From an uncultured Acidobacteriota bacterium (GTDB taxonomy: Bacteria > Acidobacteriota > Vicinamibacteria > Vicinamibacterales > UBA2999), in NCBI GenBank assembly GCA_963724485.1, contig CAVRUW010000002.1, positions 65,381-129,380 of the forward strand: a DNA stretch of 64,000 nt, read 5' to 3'. Both the position numbers and the translations under genes were made by a program. Shown in pieces: positions 58,078 to 64,000 of the stretch (positions are counted from its first letter, which is position 1; the number at the start of each line of letters is the position of its first letter). Under the pieces are notes generated by a model that saw only the letters and a list, made by a program, of their open reading frames with translations, was not told the origin of the DNA and made no database searches.

Positions 58078-61000
58078 GACTGACAATCCTCGTCATGCCG
58101 CGTTTGGCGGCCCAGTCGGCGGCAGTGGTGCCATCTTTGCTGCGGGCGGCGGGATCTGCACCGTGAGATAGCAATAATTCAACGATCTCGAGCGCTCGTT
58201 CGTCATCATCCGGCAACCACCACAGTGGGGTAATGCCGTTCGGACTGGTCGCCTTGGCGAGCGACGGATCATCGCGCAGGATCTCGCGGACGCGATCGAC
58301 GTAGCCTTGAAACGAGAGCGTCCAGATGTTGCGCGAGTATTGGCTCAGCAACTCGATCATCGCGTGATGATCGGCATGCGCCGCCCAACCGATTGGCGCC
58401 GCGTCGTACCGCGTTTCGCGCGGATCGATCTCCGCGCCATGAGCAATGAGACACTTCGCCGCCGCCAGGGCGTTGGCGCTTGCCGCGTGATGCAGGGGCG
58501 TCGTGTTGTGGTCATCACGGACATCAACCGAGACGCCGAGCTCGATGAGAAACTCCAGAACATCAGGCCGATCGCGTTTCGACGCCTCGAACATCGCGTT
58601 CGGAGAGGCCAGATACTCAGGATGCGAGGCAAGGAGACGCGAGACAAGTGCACGATCGAGTCGAAGACACGCGAGCACGAACTGATCTTCGCTCTCCTCG
58701 GCAATCGTTTGCGTAACCGACGCACCGTGCTGACGAAGCAATTCGGCGATCTCCGTCGCACCTTCGCGCTGGGCTTCCTCGTAGAGGGAGCCTTTGGGCA
58801 GGTTGCGATCCCTGGCCGATGAGGCGTCTGGATTCGCTCCGTGCTCGAGGAGCCATCTCGCGAGCACGGCATCGCGCTTGCTAATCGCGACGCTCAACAA
58901 GAACCGCGCGCCGGATCCGTAGCCGCCCATGTCGAACATCGGCCAGTCGGGATCGTTCCAGTCCGCCTGTCGTCCGATCGCCACGGCATGCGCGTGAACG
59001 AGCTTCAACCACCACAACACATCGCCGCTGAAGTGCGTGTTGTAGAGGACCTGGATGTCGTACATCCGGGCGCCTCGCTCGAGAAGAAGCTTGAACAGCT
59101 CCTCGCGACGGGGATGCGGCGGCGCATCCTGCTCGCCCTCACGCGCGACGCCAACCAGCGCCGAGTATCTGGCGTGACCGGCCATGTAGTAGTCGTCCGG
59201 ATTCGCGCCACGATCCAGGAGCGCGGTCGCGATTGACATCGCGTTCTCGAGTGCCGGTGGAAGCGAGAACCGCGCGTAACAGAGATACAGGAGCGGCGTC
59301 CACCCGCGAGGTCCGCCGCGCTGCCGAGCGGCGCCCCGGTGCTGCGTCAGTATCCGCGTCACTTCTTCGAGGTCGCCGCACACGATTGCCGTGAACAGGC
59401 TGTCGCGCGACAGCTCCGGGTGCTGCGCGAGCAGACGCTGCGCCGCGCGGTCGCACATTCGGTGATCGCCCTTCCCATGGGTGTTGTGATCCCACGTGGC
59501 AAACTCCACGAACGTTGACACGAGCTCCGAGTGCGGACCTGTTGGCGCTGGTCGACCGCGCCTTTCTCGAGCCTCCAGGAGTCGCCGAACGACCTCAAAG
59601 CCCTCCTCTGAGGCGAAGCGCGCTTGCTGATCAGGCGTCAGATCAAGCCGCGCGCCCTCCTCGACGAGATACTTCGCGGCCTCGACGTTGTTCTTGATCG
59701 CCGCCCACGCCAGTGGGGTGTACCCGCGAAACGGTCGCTGCAGGGCGGCGCGATCGGTCTTCAGAAGCTGAGGGATGCGCTCGGTGACGTCGAAGTCGAT
59801 CGCCTGGAAGATGTCGATCGGCCCGCGCAGGATCACGTCGCGGATATGTCGACGACCCGCATAGTCCGCCCAACCCGCGGGCGGAGATCCGTACTTGTCT
59901 TCACGCGCATTCACGTCCGCGCCGTGTTTCAGCAGCACGCCTACCGCCTCTTCGTTCCCATGGAAGGCCGCCGCATGGAGCGCTGTGTAGCCACCGGTCT
60001 GGTCAACAGACGTCGACTCGTCGTCACGAACGTTCACAGAAGCGCCAAGCTGAATCAGTTTTTCCACGGTCGGCCCTGATGATTCAGCCGCGGCTCGAAT
60101 AATCAACGTCCCGAACCGTTGCCCGGGTTCGAGTTCACGAGGCGACTCGTGCACCAGCCGGTCGATGTCTTCCCCTCGGCCCAGCGCCACCGCTGCCGGC
60201 AGGCGAACCGTCGCGCCCCGATCGATCAACAGTTGGGCAATTTCCGCCTTCCCTTCGAGCGCCGCCTGATCGAGCGGCGCGAGGCCGGCCGCATCCAGCG
60301 CCTCGACATCGGCACCGAGTTCGATGAGTACCGCCGCTGACTGGACTTGCTGTTTGACGACGGCCTGATGGAGAGGTGTGCGGCGTTTGTTGGTGCGATC
60401 CATACGTTGGACGAGCAGGTCGCGATTCTGCGCGACCAGCGAGCGGACGCTGTCGACCTCCCCCATCGTGACGGCCGAGAAGATGTGATGCTTCGCGCCG
60501 TGCGCGAGCAGGTAGTCGACGATTTCCTTGTTGGCTTCGCGATAGTCCCAGCAACAGGCCCATCCGATGACCTCGAGCTCGTGCATGTCACCCGTACCGA
60601 TCGTGTCGGCGCCGTGCTCTACGAGCAGGCGGATGATCGAGAAGCTTTGATCCTCGGCCGCGAAATGCAGCGGCATCGCGTTGTCGCCGTCATCGCGGAT
60701 GTTTGGATCAGCCCCTCGCTCGAGTAGCGCTCGGACTATCGGTTCGTGTTTGATTCCGAAGTGAAGCGCCGTCCGACGCCCGTCATGCCCCTCGAGTTCG
60801 CCACGACGGCTGATGATCTCTGGAAACGCGTCGGCTAACTCGATCACGCGCCCGACGTCGCCCTTGCTCGCGGCCGCGAGCAGATCGCTGAGACGGACGT
60901 CCACCGTCAGATCACCTTCCTGTGGTTCCGCGTCCGCGAGATTCTTCTTGAGCGCCGTCCAACTTTCGAAGCCGCGTTCGAGGGCCAGTGCATGCTGGAT

Positions 61001-61132
61001 GTCTCGCAGCGTGGCCCCGGCCATCGCCTTCGGATAGACGCGCTGCAGCCGGGCGACGGCCGCCGGGTCACCGATGCGCAGCTCTTTGAGCCAGCGCTTC
61101 GCGGCCTTCCTCAGATTGTCGAGGGAACTCAT
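58049..61132 (-). CDS. Large ankyrin-repeat protein with a small N-terminal helical domain
   Basis: Many TALH/TPLH..A...LL..GAD repeats; N-terminus SLDNLRKAAKRWLK...LRDIQHALALERGFESW..LK; SD GGAAGG before ATG 61132. Confidence 0.92.
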   Translation of the reverse strand: MSSLDNLRKAAKRWLKELRIGDPAAVARLQRVYPKAMAGATLRDIQHALALERGFESWTALKKNLADAEPQEGDLTVDVRLSDLLAAASKGDVGRVIELADAFPEIISRRGELEGHDGRRTALHFGIKHEPIVRALLERGADPNIRDDGDNAMPLHFAAEDQSFSIIRLLVEHGADTIGTGDMHELEVIGWACCWDYREANKEIVDYLLAHGAKHHIFSAVTMGEVDSVRSLVAQNRDLLVQRMDRTNKRRTPLHQAVVKQQVQSAAVLIELGADVEALDAAGLAPLDQAALEGKAEIAQLLIDRGATVRLPAAVALGRGEDIDRLVHESPRELEPGQRFGTLIIRAAAESSGPTVEKLIQLGASVNVRDDESTSVDQTGGYTALHAAAFHGNEEAVGVLLKHGADVNAREDKYGSPPAGWADYAGRRHIRDVILRGPIDIFQAIDFDVTERIPQLLKTDRAALQRPFRGYTPLAWAAIKNNVEAAKYLVEEGARLDLTPDQQARFASEEGFEVVRRLLEARERRGRPAPTGPHSELVSTFVEFATWDHNTHGKGDHRMCDRAAQRLLAQHPELSRDSLFTAIVCGDLEEVTRILTQHRGAARQRGGPRGWTPLLYLCYARFSLPPALENAMSIATALLDRGANPDDYYMAGHARYSALVGVAREGEQDAPPHPRREELFKLLLERGARMYDIQVLYNTHFSGDVLWWLKLVHAHAVAIGRQADWNDPDWPMFDMGGYGSGARFLLSVAISKRDAVLARWLLEHGANPDASSARDRNLPKGSLYEEAQREGATEIAELLRQHGASVTQTIAEESEDQFVLACLRLDRALVSRLLASHPEYLASPNAMFEASKRDRPDVLEFLIELGVSVDVRDDHNTTPLHHAASANALAAAKCLIAHGAEIDPRETRYDAAPIGWAAHADHHAMIELLSQYSRNIWTLSFQGYVDRVREILRDDPSLAKATSPNGITPLWWLPDDDERALEIVELLLSHGADPAARSKDGTTAADWAAKRGMTRIVSRIKGDSPLL

Positions 61133-61262
61133 GGACACCTTCCTTCCGTGTTGCCTGATGTCCGCTTGAGTCAGGCCGGAAGAAGGCTCAGGTTGTCAGC
61201 CGATAGACGTTGGGTGGGAGGTCATCTCCCTTGCCGCGGACAGGTGGCGCCCCAATGCGCGC
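61133..61262 (-). ncRNA. Candidate structured cis-regulatory leader RNA
   Basis: UGUCCGC/GCGGACA helix, GGGAG/CUCCC hairpin, UUGGG/CCCAA crossing pair, and CCUUCUUCCG complementary to the SD region. Confidence 0.6.
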
Positions 61263-61377
61263 TGCCCGCAGTCTACAACGAGTAGAATCCTGCGGCACAA
61301 CGCGCGCCGCCTGAAGGAGGCGCTGACGGCGCTTCAACCGGTAATTGGCCGTCGTAGTCAGTCTAAAGCGCTAGAAC

Positions 61378-61945
61378 ATGGGCGACGAAGCCGCAGATCT
61401 GATCGGTGGTCTCGCTGCACGGGTCGATGCCGGCGATGCAGTGGCGAAGGATGCCCTGTTCGCGGCGCTCTACGATGAGCTGCACCGGCTCGCACAGGCG
61501 CATGTCCATCGAAGTGCCGGAAGCCTCACACTGGGCGCTACCAGTCTGCTGCATGAAGCCTATCTCGATATTTCTCAGCGCAGCGCCGTCGCGTTTCCGG
61601 ATCGGAATCGATTTCTCGGATACGCCTCGCGCGCCATGCGCGGCCTGATCATCGATTACGTACGTCAGCGCCGAGCTTTCAAGCGCGGTGGGGACCTGAC
61701 GTTTCGCAAGCCTGACCGACGACGACATCGATCCGACGCTGCCGTCACCGGATCTCGACGATCTCGATGAAGCCTTGAAGGCGCTCGTCACGTTCGATCC
61801 GCCGCTCGCGGAGTTGGTCGACCTGAAGTTCTTTTGCGGCTTCTCGTTTGGCGAGATTGCGGCCTTGCGCGGAATCTCCGAGCGGACCGTGCAACGCGAT
61901 TGGGTCAAAGCCAAGCTGCTGCTGCATCATCTGCTGTCGGATTAG
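61378..61945 (+). CDS. Kinase-associated ECF sigma factor (TIGR02999-like); +1 frameshift near 61703
   Basis: LYDELHRLA, TLGATSLLHEAYL, RAMR.LIIDY.R..RA.KRGG; the shifted frame gives DLDEAL..L...LVDLKFF.G....EIA...GISERTVQRDW.KAK. Confidence 0.9.
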
Positions 61946-61979
61946 TTACGTTTCACCGCGTCCGTGTCCCGAGGGAATC

Positions 61980-64000
61980 ATGGCGACACTCGATCCGGAA
62001 CGTTGGGCGGCCGTTAGTCCTTACCTCGATCAAGCGCTCGAACTGCCCGAAGCCGAGCGCGCGCCATGGTTGGCTCACCTGCGCGATCGACTGCCAGTCA
62101 TTGCTGCGGATCTCGACGTTCTTCTCGAGGAACACGCCGCAGTTTCGGACGAACACTTCCTGGAAGACAACCTACCCGCGCCGATCACCGCGCCTGCGCT
62201 CACCGGCCAGAAACTTGGACCGTACACGCTGAAATCGGCGATCGGGCACGGTGGCATGGGCAGCGTCTGGCTCGCGGAACGCAGCGACGGACGATTCGAG
62301 CGCCTGGCCGCGGTCAAGTTCCTCAACCTGGCGCTCGCCGAGCACGGGGAGACGCGTTTCAGGACGGAAGGCCGAATTCTCGCGCGGTTGACGCATCCAC
62401 AAATCGCACAGCTTCTCGACGCCGGCGTGTCGCCGGGGGGACAGCCGTTCCTCGTCCTCGAACACGTTGACGGCCAGCCGATCGACGAGTTCTGCAACAC
62501 GCGCGCACTCGATCTTCAAGCGCGCATCGTTCTCTTCCTTGACGTCCTGGCGGCGGTCGCGCACGCACATGCGAACCTGGTCGTCCACCGCGACCTCAAG
62601 CCATCGAACGTGCTGGTCACGAAAGAGGGGCAAGTCAAGCTGCTCGACTTCGGGATCGCCAAGCTCCTCGTCGATGAAACCGGCGGCGTGCCTCGTACGG
62701 GGGTGACGCGAGAGTTCGGCGCGGCGCTCACCCCCGAGTATGCGGCACCAGAACAGATCATGGGTGAAGCGGTCTCGACTGCGACCGATGTTTACGCGTT
62801 GGGCATCCTGCTCTTCGTGTTGTTAACGAAGCAACATCCGGCTGGCCAGAGCCTTCGCTCCCCCGCCGATCTCATGAAAGCCATCGTCGAGACCGATGCT
62901 CCACGGCCGTCGGATATCGTCAGCGATGCGCGGCTTCGTCGAATGCTGGTGGGAGATGTGGACACCATCGTCGGCAAGGCACTCAAGAAGAAGCCGAGTG
63001 AGCGATATGCGTCGGTGACGGAGCTCGCCAACGATCTGCGGCGCTACCTGCGCCATGAGCCGATCAGCGCGAGGCCCGACACATTTGGTTATCGAGCGGC
63101 GAAGTTCGTGCGCCGGCATCGCTGGCCGGTGGCGACCGCAGCCCTTACCATTGCCGTGTTGTCGGCGGCGCTCTTCCTGGCAAATCGCGAGCGGCTCGCT
63201 GCCGAGCGCCGATTCGACCAACTGCGGCGGTTGTCGACGCAGGTGTTGGGCCTCGATGCCACGTTTCGGAATCTTGCCGGTGCGACCAAGGCACGGGAAG
63301 CACTCGTCAGCGTCTCCTTGCAGTATCTCGAAGGCCTTGCCGCCGACGCCCAAGGCGACATCGAGCTCATGCACGAGGTCAGCGAGGGCTACTCCCGTGT
63401 CGGGCAGATTCAAGGCGTGCCGACCGAACTGAATCTGGGCAATCTCGCCAAGGCCGAGGAAACACTCGCGAAAGCCGAGGCCGTGTCCGAGGCGATCCTG
63501 ACGGCGCACCCCAACGATCTCCGGGCAACTTACCGTATTGCTGCGATTGCCCACGATCGCATGATCGTCGCCGAAACCGAGCGGCGCAGCGAAGACGCAT
63601 CGGAGCATGCGCGAGTAGCCGTCGAGAAGATCGAAGCGTTCCTCGCCACGGGCCAGGGCACTCCAGAGCAACGCCACTACGCAGCCGTCCTGATTGGCAA
63701 CGTTGCCTTGGCGAACATCAACATGCATCGCTACGAGGAGGGCATTCGTCTTGCGCAGCGTCAGCAAGTGTTGGCGAAGGCCGTCGAGAGACCGGAACGT
63801 TTGATCTCCACCTCGTGGAGCATGATCGCCAACGCGCGCCGTCTTCAGGGCGATCTCGAGTCAGCCTTGACCGCCATCCGCGAAGCCCGCAGCACTCTGG
63901 ATCGGATGACCTTCAGCAGCGAAACGGTTCGCATGCTGGACCGCTACCCCATCTTGCTGCGTGAAGGCTTCATCCTTGGCGAGGATCGCGGCATCAGCCT
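61980..64000 (+). CDS. Ser/Thr protein kinase with TM and TPR-like region (partial; runs off the window end)
   Basis: Translated by hand: MATLDPERW...GHGGMGSVW, AAVK, HRDLKPSN, DFGIAK, TPEYAAPE; probably absent from the ORF track because it has no stop in the window. Confidence 0.92.
   Translation, partial: MATLDPERWAAVSPYLDQALELPEAERAPWLAHLRDRLPVIAADLDVLLEEHAAVSDEHFLEDNLPAPITAPALTGQKLGPYTLKSAIGHGGMGSVWLAERSDGRFERLAAVKFLNLALAEHGETRFRTEGRILARLTHPQIAQLLDAGVSPGGQPFLVLEHVDGQPIDEFCNTRALDLQARIVLFLDVLAAVAHAHANLVVHRDLKPSNVLVTKEGQVKLLDFGIAKLLVDETGGVPRTGVTREFGAALTPEYAAPEQIMGEAVSTATDVYALGILLFVLLTKQHPAGQSLRSPADLMKAIVETDAPRPSDIVSDARLRRMLVGDVDTIVGKALKKKPSERYASVTELANDLRRYLRHEPISARPDTFGYRAAKFVRRHRWPVATAALTIAVLSAALFLANRERLAAERRFDQLRRLSTQVLGLDATFRNLAGATKAREALVSVSLQYLEGLAADAQGDIELMHEVSEGYSRVGQIQGVPTELNLGNLAKAEETLAKAEAVSEAILTAHPNDLRATYRIAAIAHDRMIVAETERRSEDASEHARVAVEKIEAFLATGQGTPEQRHYAAVLIGNVALANINMHRYEEGIRLAQRQQVLAKAVERPERLISTSWSMIANARRLQGDLESALTAIREARSTLDRMTFSSETVRMLDRYPILLREGFILGEDRGIS

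Noticed and set aside
1..64000. tRNA, rRNA, integrase, transposase, prophage or recognised defence genes
   Set aside because: None recognised by eye or in the ORF track; a covariance-model and HMM scan would be needed to exclude them formally.

Overview
GC-rich bacterial DNA. The gene content (many Hanks-type Ser/Thr kinases, ADOP-type permeases with PadR, DUF885, Tat-exported hydrolases) suggests Acidobacteriota of the Vicinamibacteria/subdivision 6 type; this is an inference. It is an accessory region of about 50 genes. I recognised no rRNA, tRNA, CRISPR array, integrase or transposase. Main observations: (1) A hidden Tat-exported selenoprotein at 50816-51976 (-): an in-frame TGA in a WASW-U-GC redoxin motif, followed by a SECIS-like hairpin; the ORF track splits it in two. 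(2) A highly structured leader of about 125 nt (61133-61262, -) with a long-range helix, a possible pseudoknot and an anti-Shine-Dalgarno, upstream of a 1027-aa ankyrin protein with a small helical N-terminal domain; this is my best candidate for an undescribed RNA/protein regulatory system. (3) Two dispersed repeat families: GGGGAC(A/T)GTCCCC palindromes grouped at gene junctions, and heptamer-armed CAGTTCAAAG...CTTTGAACTG inverted elements. (4) An uncharacterised three-gene membrane locus at 53326-55540. (5) A B3 metallo-beta-lactamase with Glu at the first metal ligand, a PhnZ/MIOX-like HD protein with a Tat-like N-terminus, a VWA7/hemicentin-like secreted protein, and an ECF sigma-kinase pair. 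(6) Orphan 3' gene remnants. About 11-12 single-base insertions break six or seven genes and are most likely sequencing or assembly errors. All family assignments come from motif recognition by eye, not from database searches.
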